NCBI RefSeq assembly: GCF_963921235.1
Contig: NC_086108.1
Span: 15,438,001 to 15,502,000, forward strand
Reading direction: 5' to 3'
Source: Mobula hypostoma
Taxonomy: Eukaryota
Length of the DNA: 64,000 nucleotides
Within the stretch, counting starts at the first letter, position 1. Every line of letters begins with the position of its first letter. A program made the translations under genes and the position numbers. Under the pieces are notes generated by a model. It saw nothing but the letters and a program-made list of their open reading frames with translations, was not told the DNA's origin and did not search any database. Below, in pieces: positions 24,157 through 36,630 of this stretch.

Positions 24157-25216
24157 GTTGACATTTGGGGCCGAAATCCTTTGGCAGGAATAGAGAAAAA
24201 AAGTCCTCCGCCTGGCGGAACTTGTCCTCACTCTCAGTAATTTCTCCTTTGGCTCTTCCCACTTCCTTCAAACAAACGGTGTATCCATGAGCACTCGCAT
24301 GGGTCCCAGCTATGCCTGCTATGTGGAACAGACATGTTCCAAACCTATACTGGTGACTGTCCTGCACTTTTCCTACGCTACATCGATGACTGCATTGGTG
24401 CTGCTTACTTCATCCACTTTGCCTCCAACTTCCACCCTGCCCTCAAAGTTGCCTGGTCCTTTTCCGACCCAGCCTTTCTCAATCTCCCTGTCTCTATCTC
24501 TGGAGACATGTCTATTATAATCCTAAGGACTCTAACAGCTACCTGGACTATACTTCTTCCCATCCTGTTACTTGTAAAAATGGCATCCCCTTCTCTCAAT
24601 TCCTCCACCTTTGCCACACCTGCTCTCAGGATGAAGCTTCTCATTCTAGAACGAAGGAGATGTTCTCCTTTTTCAAAGAAAGGGGCTTCCCTTCTTCCAT
24701 CATCAACTCTGCTCTCAACCGCATCTCATCACTGTTGTGATGAAGTCACACTTGGGTTTGATGAGCGACACCTTGTATTCCATTTGGGTAGCCTCCAACC
24801 TGATGGCATGAACATTAATTTCTTGAACTTCCAGTAATGTCCCCCCAACCCCCCCCCACCACTTCCCATCCTCTTTTCCCTTTCTCACTTTATCCTCTTG
24901 CCCGCCCATCACCTTCCTCTGATGCTCCTCCCCCCTTTTCTTTCTTCCATGGCCTTCTGTCTCTTTCAACAATTTACTTCCCAGCTCTTTACTTCATCCC
25001 TTCCCCTTCAGGTTTCACCTATCACCTTGTGTTTCTCTTTCCCCTCCCCCAGCTTTTAAATCTACACTTCATCTTTTTTTTTCCGGTCCTGCTGAAGGCT
25101 TCGGCCCGAAATGTCAACTGTACTCTTTTCCTAGATGCTGCCTGGCCCACTGAGTTCCTCCAGTATTTTGTGTGTGTTACTCGGATTTCCAGTATCTGCA
25201 GGTATTCTCTTGTTTG
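24157..25216 (+). mobile_element. Penelope-like retroelement remnant (inverted 5' pLTR stub, RT fragment, GIY-YIG tail, 3' pLTR)
   Basis: MSTRMGPSYAC, FLRYIDDCIG and ERHLVFHLGSLQPDGMNINF. 3' pLTR has a decayed hammerhead (ctgctga..gaaatgtc, ~25086-25119). 24157-24203 is a reverse-complement stub of the pLTR. Confidence 0.9.
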
Positions 25217-25226
25217 AGATGGAATA

Positions 25227-25934
25227 AGGTTTGTCCATCGTTATCGATGAAGACCCCGACACCATTAGTACTTTTCATGAGATCGAGTTGCTAGCTCGAC
25301 ACTCAACCCGGCACGGATGGAAACAGTGCCCAGGAGCGGCTCAACTAGATTCAAACTCGGGAACCTTCGCTCCCGGAGTCCGGCGCTGATGTCACTGCGC
25401 CACCGTCCGGCTATTTTGGTGTCGAGACTAGCGCTTGATTTGGATTTAAGTGAGGGAGAGTTGCGCAGCGTCAACCTCACTCTCTGTTCCCAATTCCCAT
25501 CTGGATCCAGTGGCAAGACAAGAGTTGAGACGGCTGGAGATGGGAGTAGGCGCAGTGGATGACCAGGACGTCTTCTGTGTTTTGTCCTGCTCTACATGTT
25601 CCACAACGCTTGCAGAGACTGCCTTCTTGACCGTTGGACCTTCCGTTGGTCTCGTCCGCTCAATCCGCCGGAGTCTGTCTTCACATGCTGGGATAGGCAA
25701 CTCCCTATCTCACCGAGGGTTTGAGACCCATCGGCTACCCTTATCTGGTTTAGCCGGCATGTCGAAGCCATTGCCTGGGGTGTGGCTGCTGTCGCCGCAT
25801 GCAAACAGCTACAGGGAACCACAGGTGAGAACTGAGTTCCAGGTGGGGACCAAAGGTGGACAAACTGCCCTGAGAAGGACGTGACATGTTCCCCCACCAG
25901 AGGTTCTACCCCTCCCTGATGCCCCATACACTCC
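25227..25934 (-). mobile_element. 708-bp non-coding retroposon (RTE-like, tentative) with 14-bp TSD
   Basis: TSD tttgagatg(g/a)a(a/g)ta at 25213-25226 and 25935-25948. GC/CpG-rich and structured, with no recognisable protein. Contains a tRNA-like module at ~25272-25411. Confidence 0.72.
25738..25934 (-). ncRNA. Candidate HDV-like self-cleaving ribozyme (decayed copy)
   Basis: Manual fold: P1 GGAGUGU/ACACCCC, long J1/2, P2 UCUCACCUGU/ACCAGAUAAGG, P3 GGU/GCU, L3 UCCCUGUA, AG-GCAA, P4 UGGC/GCCG, J4/2 GCUAA (catalytic-C equivalent at 25753). Confidence 0.55.
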
Positions 25935-27986
25935 TTTGAGATGAAGTACAATGTTAGAAAATGTATGATAACGCATTTTGGTAAAAGGAACAATAGTGCA
26001 GACTTGACTGTTAACTAAATGGGGATAAGGCTCAAACATCAGAGGTGCAGAGGGACTTAGGAGTCCTTGTGCAAAACTTCCAGAACTTACAGGTTGAGTC
26101 TGAAGGCTAATGCAATGTTGGCATTTATTTCAAGCGGAATAGAATATAAAAGCAAGGAGATAATGTTCAGCCTTTACAAGACACTAGTCAGGTCTCACTT
26201 GAAGTATTGTCAACAGTTTTGGGCCCCATTTCTCATGAAAGGATGTGTTGTCATTGGAGGGAGTCCAGAGGAGGTTCAAGGGATGATTCCAGGAATGAAG
26301 GGGGTTAACACATGAGGAGGGTTTGGCAGATTTGGGCCTGTACTCACTGGAGTTTAGAAGAATGTGCGGGGATCTCATCTCACGGAATGTTGAAAGGACC
26401 AGATAGTGTGGATGTGGAGTAGATGTTTCCTGTGGTGGGGGTATTCCAGAATGAGAGGGCACAGCCTCAAAATTGAATCTTTTAGAACAGAGGTAAGGAG
26501 GAATTTTTTTTAGCCAGAGAGTAGTGATTCTGTGGAATGCTCTGTCACAGTCTGCAGTGGAGGCTAAGTCTGTGGGTATATTTAAAGTGGAAGTTGATTG
26601 TTTCCTGATCGGTCAGGGATTTCAAGGATATGGTGAGAAGCTAGGTGTATGGGGTTGAGTGGGATTTAGGATCAGCCATGATGGAATGGCAGAGCTGACT
26701 TGATGGGCTGAATGGCCTAATTCTGCTCCCATGTCTTATGGTCTTGTGGTATCATTGCTGAGGAAGTGCAGGAGCCTGAAGACGCACTCAGCTTTTGAGG
26801 AACAGCTTCTTCCCTCCACCATTGGATTTCTAAATGGTCCATGAACCGTTCTAAATGGTCTCACTGCTTTTTGCTCTCTTTTTGCACCACAGTACTTACT
26901 TTTTATTTATATTTCTCATTGTTGCTCAAGTATTTTGATGTATGGCACTGTACTGATGCTGGAAAACAACATATTTCAACATATTTCACAATATGCAAGC
27001 ATTTCTTTGTAATTCTTAATGTGATTTTGGAGCCCTTGTTTCCATTCTGAATCACCCCACACTCATTAATTTTCAGTGCATGGATGATACTGGAATGTAG
27101 GAGGTGGACTTTCCATGGAGCATTGGAGGTTGTGATGTGACCTTAAAGAGTTTTATAAAATCATGAAGGGTATAGATAAGGTAGATGATTAGTCTTTTTT
27201 CCAGGATAGGGGTACATAAAACTTAGAGGTCAAAAGTTTAGTGTGCAAAACTTATTAGGAAAAATTTAAAGTGGACCTGAGAGGCGAGTTTTTCACGTGA
27301 CTGTGGTGGATATATGGAAGTGATAAAGGTGGATAGAATTCCAACATTTAAAAAAATTACTTGGACAGGTACTGTACGTAGATAAGAAAGGTTTAAAGAG
27401 ATGCAGACAAATAGGGCTAGCTCAGTTAGGAAACTTGGTTGGCATTTTTGAGTTGAGCCAAAGGGCCTGTTTCAGTGACATTTGTTTGTACACATGGGGA
27501 GATTGAACTCCAAGTCTTTGACTCTTTCAGTGAAGGGTGTGAGAAGTTGAGCCTTGGCCTTGTATGAAGTAACTGGAACACAAATGTCTCCCACTAACTT
27601 GCTCCAGTTTTTCAGTCTGACTCCCTTTCCCACCCCTGGCAGTGAGTGTCCATGACTGGACCTGGCAAGCATGGGTTACCTGGGAGCCATTTCTAAAACA
27701 CTGATTAGAAAATTCAGCTGGAAGACAGCAACCAAATTATGAACAACACAGTGCCACTGAAAGATCATCATACCCTGCTTTAGTGATCTCGTTATTGTGA
27801 TCTGATGAATTCTGTTTATCGATCTATGCATAGAATGTTGGCAGGTTACACTGGGTATTTAATAAACTCAGAGCTATGTAGTATGCCAAATAATCATGAT
27901 TATTGTACAGTTTCAGTGGCTGACCATTTTCATAGCCTCAGAAGAAAACTGCTGTGTTCAAATAGCTTGTTATTTCTCCGTTGCAG

Positions 27987-28152
27987 TCAGAAGGCAGAAA
28001 CCATGGCAGCAGTGTTGACACAATGTATGAAGTGGTGTCACTGCAGAAACAATCTGAGAGGGGTAGAACTGCATCTACAACTGGCTTCATGCTGTATCTT
28101 GGGAGACAAACCAGTGTGACCCTTTCACCCCAGGATGATGAGGAAGAAAAAG
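27987..28152 (+). CDS. rabgap1l: Coding exon of RAB GTPase-activating protein 1-like (linker upstream of the TBC domain)
   Basis: Acceptor ttatttctccgttgcag| and donor G|gtacgt; 166 nt (55 codons + 1). Translates as SEGRNHGSSVDTMYEVVSLQKQSERGRTASTTGFMLYLGRQTSVTLSPQDDEEEK, matching the remembered RABGAP1L pattern SEG..D..YEVVSLQ...SPQDDE. Phase 1 end fits the next exon. Confidence 0.92.
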
Positions 28153-28659
28153 GTACGTAAAGACATACTTTTGTTCTTAAGTAGAGCTTTGAGTCTACTT
28201 GTGAGAAATAGATGCTTGGAAATAAAGATCACCCAAGCCTAATACTGAATGAAAAGTATTTAATTTGGATGTTATTGTTACTTTAAGACCTCATCCTTCT
28301 ATACCTTGCCTACTAAATGCCCATTAAACATAGTATTTGCATCTGATTCCCACTTCCTATAGCAACGCATTCGAGATATCAATCATTCTCTGTGTGGGAA
28401 AACAACTACTCTTCAGGCTTCCTTTAAAACTCTCCCTTTTGAACATATGCCCTCTTGTTTTTGATGCCCTTACTATGGAGAAAGATATTCTGGCTGGGTA
28501 CCGTATCTGTGCCTCTTAGAATCTTCTGTATTAGTATCAGGTCTTCACTTAACCTCCTTTGCTCAAAAGAAAACAAGTTTGGACTACCCAGTCTATCCCT
28601 TTAGCCAAGGTCCTGCAATCCAGCAATCTCCCAACACAATAATATTCTTCATATAGAAC

Positions 28660-29080
28660 TGTTTGTTTGATTTCTCTGGGCTTGGAGTTTAGACGAATGA
28701 GGGATTATCTCATTGAAACCTACCGAATATTGAAAGGCTTAAATGGAGCGGACTTGCAGAGGATATTTCCAATAGTGGGAGAGTCCAGGATAAAAGTGTA
28801 CAGCCTCAAGGACATCCCTCTAGCCAGAGATGTGGTGGAATTTCTTTGATCAGAGGATGGAGAATTTGTGAAATGAATTGCCACAGATGACTGTGTAGGT
28901 CAAGTTATATTGGATATATTTAAAATAGAAGTTCATAGGTTCTTAATAAAGGTGTTAAAGGTTATAGGGAGAAGACAAGAAAATGGGGTTGAGAGGGACA
29001 ATAAATCAGCCATGACTGAATGTCAAAGTAGACTGGTTGAACTGAATGGCTTAATTCTGCTTCTGTGTCTTGTGGTCATA
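28660..29080 (+). mobile_element. Old CR1 3' fragment (other old CR1 ends at ~27090-27475 + and ~28300-28630 -)
   Basis: LEFRRMRDYLIETYRILKGL followed by a CR1 3' UTR. Confidence 0.85.
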
Positions 29081-29179
29081 AAAGCTGATTATTGGTTGAT
29101 TATCGCAGTGTTGTTTGTAAGAGATTGCTGTAGAAATTGGCTGCTGCATTTCTCATACTACAACACTGAACACATATCT

Positions 29180-29344
29180 TTCTTTTTAAATCTTTTTATT
29201 GAATAAGTATACAAAAAGGTAAGCCATATAGGCACTAATACACTGTTGGAATATAATAAAATTACAGGAGATATTAATACAAAAAAAAAGATACAAACAA
29301 TGTAATTTAAACATAACATACTAAGGTAACATAATAGTATACTA

Positions 29345-29390
<46 letters not shown>

Positions 29391-30460
29391 AGAAAAGGAA
29401 AAAAAAACCCCCAAAAAAAACCACCGTGCAACTAACTAAAAGCAAAGCAAAGCAATGGGCTAACTTGGAACCAAGCAGAGTTAAAAAACTTAAAATCACG
29501 TCCTCAATCCCGACCTCCATTAAAAACAGTAAAAAAAAACAAGAAGGGTATATAAATATGGAGCAAAAAAAGAGAAGAAAGAAAAAAAAATTACATTAAA
29601 TGAAAATATTGAATAAAAGATCTCCAGGTCTGTTCAAATTTAAGTGAGAAATCGTAAAGATTGCTTCTAATTTTCTCCAAATTCAAGCATAATATGGTCT
29701 GAGAAAACCAAAAAAAGGTAGTTGGAGCATTAAGCTCTTTCCAATGTTGTAAGATACATCTTTTCGCCATTAAAGTGAGAAATGCAATCATTCTACGGGC
29801 TGAAGGAGAAAGATTACTGGAAATTTTAGGTAATCCAAAGATAGCAGTAATAGGGTGAGGAGAGATATCTATATTTAATACCTTGGAGATAATATTAAAA
29901 ATGTCTCTCCAAAAAGTTTCCAGAGTAGGACAAGACCAAAACATATGAGTTAAAGAGGCTATCTGCCCCGGACATCTATCACAAAAAGGATTAATATGAG
30001 AATAAAAGCAAGCTAATTTATCTTTGGACATATATGTGCACTATGAACAACTTTAAATTGAATTAGGGAATGTTTAGCACAGATAGAGGAAGTATTGACT
30101 AATTGTAAAATCTGCCCCCAGTCATCCACAGAAATGATAGACCCCAATTCCTGTTCCCAATCTACCCTAATCTTATCAAATGGAGCTTTCCTAAGTTTCA
30201 TAATAATATTATAAATCATAGCCGATGCACCTTTCTGACATGGATTAAGGTTAATTATAGTATCTAAAATGTATGTAGGAGGAAGCATTGGAAAAGAAGA
30301 AAGTATAGTACTTAGGAAATTTCTAACTTGTAGATACCTAAAAAAATGTATTCTTGATAAATTATATTTATTAGATAATTGTTCAAAAGACATAAGGGAA
30401 CCATCTAAAAATAAATCCAAAAACCGTGAAATACCCTTAGTCTTCCAAATTTGAAAAGAC
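29180..30460 (-). mobile_element. 5'-truncated L1-clade LINE 3' end
   Basis: ORFs 30013..30474 and 29591..30031 (FFRYLQVR, CDRC..SLTHMFWSCP); AATAAA and A-rich tail at ~29185. Confidence 0.92.
29348..29386. repeat. (TA)n microsatellite
   Basis: Perfect TA run in the L1 3' UTR. Confidence 0.95.
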
Positions 30461-30596
30461 TGAACACATATCAAATATGATGTAATAGAGTAACAGAAAT
30501 ATTCAAAGCAATTTTATTATCGAAGTACATATATGTCATAAATGAATGAGATTCATTTTCCCGTGGGCATACTCAATAAATCAATAGAATAATAAC

Positions 30597-33500
30597 ATAG
30601 AACATAGAATAGTACAGCACAGTACAGGCCCTTCGGCCCACAATGTTGTGCTGACCCTCAAACCCTGCCTCCCATATAAGCCCCCACCTTAGATTCCTCC
30701 ATATACCTGTCTAGTAGTCTCTTAAACTTCACTAGTGTATCTGCCTCCACCACTGACTCAGGCAGTGCATCACACGCACCAACCACTCTCTGAGTAAAAA
30801 ACCTTCCTCTAATATCCCCCTTGAACTTCCCACCCCTTACCTTAAAGCCATGTCCTCTTGTATTGAGCAATGGTGCTCTGGGGAAGAGGTGCTGGCTATC
30901 CACTCTATCTATTCCGCTTATTATCTTGTACACTTCTATCATGTCTCCTCTCATCCTCCGTCTCTCCAAAGAGTAAAGCCCTAGCTCCCTTAATCTCTGA
31001 TCATAATGCATACTTTCTAAACCAGGCAGCATCCTGGTAAATCTCCTCTGTACCCTTTCCAATGCTTCCACATCCTTCCCTTAGTGAGGTGACCAGAACT
31101 GGATACAATACTCCAAGTGTGGCCTAACCAGAGTTTTATAGAGCTGCATCATTACATCGCGACTCTTAAACTATATCCCTCGATTTATGAAAGCTAACAC
31201 CCCATAAGCTTTCTTAACTACCCTATCCACCTGTGAGGCAAATTTCAGGGATCTGTGGACATGTACCCCGAGATCCCTCTGCTCCTCCACACTACCAAGT
31301 ATCCTGCCATTTACTTTGTACTCTGCCTTGGAGTTTGTCCTTCCAAAGTGTACCACCTCACACTTCTCCGGGTTGAATTCCATCTGCCACTTCTCAGCCC
31401 ACTTCTGCATCCTATCAATGTCTCTCTGCAATCTTTGACAATCCTCTTCACTATCTACAACACCACCAACCTTTGTGTCGTCTGCAAACTTGCCAACCCA
31501 CCCTTCTACCCCCACATCCAGGTCGTTAATAAAAATCGCGAAAAGTAGAGGTCCCAGAACAGATCCTTGTGGGACACCACTAGTCACAATCCTCCAATCT
31601 GAATGTACTCCCTCCACCACCACCCTCTGCCTTCTGCAGGCAAGCCAATTCTGAATCCACCTGGCCAAACTTCCCTGGATCCCATGCCTGCTAACTTTCT
31701 GAATAAGCCGACCGTGTGGAACCTTGTCAAATGCCTTACTAAAATCCATATAGGTCACATCCACTGCACTACCCTCATCTATATGCCTGGTCACCTCCTC
31801 AAAGAACTCTATCAGGTTGTTAGACACGATCTGCCCTTCACAAAGCCATGCTGACTATCCCTGATCAGACCATGATTCTCTAAATGTCTATAGATCCTAT
31901 CTCTAAGAATCTTTTCCAACAGCTTTCCCACCACAGACGTAAGGCTCACTGGTCTATAATTACCCGGACTATCCCTACTACCTTTTTTGAACAAGGGAAC
32001 AACATTTGCCTCCCTCCAATCCTCCGGTACCATTCCCGTGGACAACGAGGACATAAAGATCCTAGCCAGAGGCTCAGCAATCACTTCTCTCGCCTCGTGG
32101 AGCAGCCTGGGGAATATTCTGTCAGGCCCCGGGGACTTATCTGTCCTAATGTATTTTAACAACTCCAACACCTCCTCTCCCTTAATATCAGCATGCTCCA
32201 GAACATCAACCTCACTCAAATCGTCCTCACCATCATCAAGTTCCCTCTCATTGGTGAATACCGAAGAGAAGTATTCATTGAAGACCTCGCTCACTTCCAC
32301 AGCCTCCAGGCACATCTTCCCACCTTTATCTCTAATCGGTCCTACCTTCACTCCTGTCATCCTTTTTTTCTTCACATAGTTGAAGATTGCCTTGGAGTTT
32401 TCCTTTACCCTACTCGCCAAGGCCTTCTCATGCCCCCTTCTTGCTCTTCTCAGCCCCTTCTTAAGCTCCTTTCTTGCTTCCCTATATTCCTCAATAGACC
32501 CAGCTGATCCTTGCTTCCTAAACCTCATGTATGCTGCCTTCTTCCTCCTGACTAGATTTTCCACCTCACTTGTCACCCATGGTTCCTTCACCCTACCATT
32601 CTTTATCTTCCTCACCGGGACAAATTTATCCCTTACATCCTGCAAGAAATCTCGAAACATCGACCACATGTCCATAGTACATTTCCCTGCAAAAACATCA
32701 TCCCAATTCACACCTGCAAGTTCTAGCCTTATAGCCTCATAATTTGCCCTTCCCCAATTAAAAATTTTCCTGTCCTCTTTGATTCTATCCTTTTCCATGG
32801 TAATTATAAAGGCCAGGGAGCGGTGGTCACTGTCCCCCAGATGCTTACCTACTGAGAGATCTGTGACCTGACCCGGTTCATTACCTAGTACTAGATCTAG
32901 TATGGCATTCCCCCTGGTCGGCCAGTCCACATACTGTGACAGGAATCCATCCTGGACACACTTAACAAATTCTGCCCCATCTAAACCCTTGGAACTAATC
33001 AGGTGCCAATCAATATTAGGGAAGTTAAAGTCACCCATGATAACAACCCTGTTATTTTTGCACCTTTCCAAAATCTGCCTCCCAATCTGCTCCTCTGTAT
33101 CTCTGCTGCTACCAGGGGGCCTATAGAATACCCCCAGTAGAGTAACTGCTCCCTTCCTGTTCCTGACTTCCACCCATATTGACTCAAAAGAGGATCCTGA
33201 TACATTACCCACCCTTTCTGTAGCTGTAGTAGTACCCCTGACCAGTAATGCCACCCCTCCTCCCCTTTTTCCATCCTCTCTATCCCTTTTAAAGCACTGA
33301 AATCCAGGAATATTGAGAATCCATTCCTGCCCTGGTGCCAGCCAAGTCTCTGTAATGGCCACTACATCATAATTCCATGTATGTATCCAAGCTCTCAGTT
33401 CATCACCTTTGTTCCTGATGCTTCTTGCATTGAGGTACACACATTTCAGCCCTTCTACCTTACTGTCTTTACACCATTTATTCTGCTTCTCTTTCCTCAA

Positions 33501-34652
33501 AGCCTCTTTGTATGTTAGATCTGGCTTTACTCCATGCACTTCTTTCACTGCTGTATCGCTCTGGGTCCCATCCCTCTCGCAAATTAGTTTAAACCCTCCT
33601 GAACCATGCTAGCAAACCTACCTGCAAGGATATTGCTCCCCCTCGAGTTCAGGTGCAACTCATCCAATCTGTACAGGTCCCACCTTCCCCAGAAGAGATC
33701 CCAATGATCTAAAAATCTAAAACCCTGCTCCCTGCACCAGCTCCTCAGCCATGCATTCAACTGCCATCTCCTCCAATTCTTACCATCTCTGTCACGTAGC
33801 ACTGGCAGCAATCCTGAGAACGTCACCCTTGAGGTCCTGTTCTTCAGCCTTCTGCCTAATTCCCGAAACTCACACTTCAGGACCTCATCCCTCTACCTGC
33901 CTATGTCGTTGGTCCCAACATGTATCACGACTTCTGGTTGCTTTCCCTCTCGTAGCAGGATGTCGTGCACTCGGTCAGCGACATCCCGGACCCTGGCACC
34001 CGGGAGGCAACAAACCATGCAGGTGTCCTTCTCACGTCCATAAAATCTCCTGTCTGCTGCCCTGACTATAGAGTCTCCAATGACGACAGCTCTCCTCTTC
34101 TCTGTCCCACCCTTCTGCACCCCAGGGTCAGACTCAGTGCCGGAGGCCCTGCCACCGTGGCTCACACCTGGTCGGTCGTCCCTGCCAACAGTATCCAGGA
34201 CGGTAAACTTATTATTCAGGGGAATGGCTACAGGGGTGCTCTGCACTACCTGTCTGCTCACCTTCGCTTTCCCCCCTCTGACTGTCACCCAATGACCTGC
34301 TTCTGACAGCCTAAGTGTGACTACCTCCCTGTAGCTCTCATTTATGACTGCCTCATTCTCCCTTGTGAGTCGAAGGTCATCCAGCTGCTGCTCCAGATTC
34401 CTTACACGGTCTTCCAGATCGCCCAGCCGTATGCACTTCTGGCAGATGTGACTCTGCGGGACAGGGGCGTTCCCCCAAGACTGCCACATCTCACATGAGA
34501 GGCACATCACCGTCTCAGGGGACATAGTAAAAACTAACTGCGAGCTAGCTTGTCCTCCGCCTCTTTTTGTCGAAGCCTCTTGAGTGAAAACCTCAAAGCT
34601 CCACTCCTTCACTGGCCCACTCACGCTCTGGCCGCTTTCCACTGGCCAGGTG
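30597..34652 (-). mobile_element. Full-length CR1 LINE (ORF1 zinc finger + SGNH esterase; ORF2 APE + RT), inserted in a Rex/Babar tail (~30500-30596, 34653-34980)
   Basis: TSD taataac at 30590-30596 and 34653-34659. ORF1 from ATG 34525 (CLSC..CQKC, VIGDSIVR, HVGTND, DELHLN). ORF2 has YLNARSIRNK, ITETWL, MGDFNFP, GDSDH and KFADDTK. Confidence 0.97.
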
Positions 34653-35942
34653 TAATAACCATAACAAAATCAATGAAATGCCACACCAACTTGGGTTCAG
34701 TCAGTGTACGAACAACAACAAGCTGCAAATAAAAAAGAAAGAAATAATAATAAATAAATAAGCAATAAATATCGAGAACCTGAGGTGAAGAGTCTGTGAG
34801 AGTGAATCCGTAGGTTGTGGGAACATTTCAATGAAGGGGCAAGTGAAGTTGAGTGAAGTTATCCCCTTTGGTTCAAGAGCCTGATGGTTGAGGGGTAATA
34901 ACTGTTCCTGAACTTGATGGTGTGAGTCCTGAGTCTCCTGTACCACCTTCCTGATGGCAGCAGTGAGAAGAGAGCATCTGTGGTTTGTAAATAATTACCT
35001 AAAAACACAATGAAAATTCTAAAAACCTCTATTTTCAGTCTGAAACTTTAACCCTTTCCACAGGTGCTGTCTGACCTGAAATTTCCAATGATTTTGTTTT
35101 TATTTCAAAATTTTGTTCATTTCTTGAAGTGCTACCTACTGCTATGCCCCTGATATCTCTTTTTAATGAATTGTTAATATATTTTAATTGAGGGAGAATA
35201 TTTCAGTTACTCTCTACTTTATATTTTACATCATAATGTTTTCTGTCAATAATTGGAACATATATTTGCAGTCAGTAATTTTTCCCTTTTTACCAGAATA
35301 CAAAGACTTTAATATTCTTGTACTAACATTTTGTTTAGTCCCTAGACGCACTGCTTCTTTAGATATACTTAATTTCTTTAATTACTTTTATACCTAGAGT
35401 TGAACTACTTTTCCTGTGCATATTCAATGCAAATAATTAGTGACTTATTAAAATACTTTTCCTTCCATGCCTTTATATCTTTAAATGAAAATCTGGTAAG
35501 AGTCCCAAATGTTACCCGTTTCTCTTTCCACTGCTGCCTGGCCAGTGTTTCCAGCATTTTCCATGTCGTTTCTAGTTTACCTTGGGTCCTGGTGTGGGGT
35601 TTGGACTTGAAGCGTTGGTAATTCCATTCCCTCTCACAGTTGCTGCTCACCCTGCTGAGTTCCTTCAGCAGATTGTTGCTCCAGGTTCCAGCATCTGCAG
35701 TCTTGGCCTCTGCAGTTATTATTTTGTTCTTGTTTGAATGGTCCTCTATTTAAGTTTCTACAAGTTGTGGTGTGAATTTGTTATTGAACGACTGAAGAGT
35801 AAAATTGGTCTAAAATATTTCAATACCATTGTCTCCAATGCAGCAATTGCTTGGTGTACATCACTAGTTATCTTAACACAACAGGATTGAAGCACAGAAA
35901 TGAGCTATCTGTACTAGTTCTGAATGATTAGTTAGCTGAATG

Positions 35943-36630
35943 TCATAGTCATAGTCATACTTTATTGATGCCGGGGGAAATCGGTTTTCATTACAGTTGC
36001 ACAATAAATAATAAATAGTAATAGAACCATAAATAGTTAAATAGTAATATGTAAATTATGCCAGAAAATTATGAAATAAATCCAGGACCAGCCTATTGGC
36101 TCAGGGTGTCTGACCCTCTAAGGGAGGAGTTGTAAAGTTTGATGGCCACAGGCAGGAATGACTTCCTATGACGTTCTATGTTGCATCTCAGTGGAATGAG
36201 TCTCTGGCTGAATGTACTCCTGTGCCCCCCCAGTACATTATGTAGTGGATGGGAGACATTGACCAAGGTGAGAGTCCAGTTCCATCCCCGCAACATCACT
36301 GGCCTTATGAATGAGTTTGTTGATTCTGTTGGTGTCTGCTACCCTCAGCCTGCTGCCCCAGCACACAACAGCAAACATGATAGCACTGGTCACCACAGAC
36401 TCGTAGAACATCCTCAGTATCGTCCGGCAGGTGTTAAAGGACCTCAGTCTCCTTAGGAAATAGAGACAGCTCTGTCCCTTCTTGTGGACAGCCTCAGTGT
36501 TCTTTGACCAGTCCAGTTTATTGTCAATTCGTATCCCCAGGTATTTGTAATCATCCACCATGTCCACACTGACCCCCTGGATGGAAATGGGTCACCGGTA
36601 CCTTAGCTCTCCTCAGGTCTACCACCAGTC
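35943..36630 (-). mobile_element. Rex/Babar LINE 3' fragment
   Basis: YKYLGIRIDNKLDWSKNT..KKGQS.LYFLRRLRSF; (catagt)n tail. Confidence 0.9.

Larger units (their letters stand above)
23136..26750 (+). mobile_element. Older CR1 LINE (23136-24156 + 25935-26750) inside a Rex/Babar 3' fragment (~22900-23135, ~26750-26990), interrupted by Penelope and a retroposon
   Basis: ORFs 23294..23527, 23703..23954 and 26067..26315; tcttatggtcttgtgg tail. Flanks read SI.TGCIT.WYG...QCLKK.ASIIKDP. Confidence 0.88.

Noticed and set aside
27805..28119. 104-aa ORF from the track
   Set aside because: It overlaps the real exon in the wrong frame; the spliced frame gives the RABGAP1L peptide.
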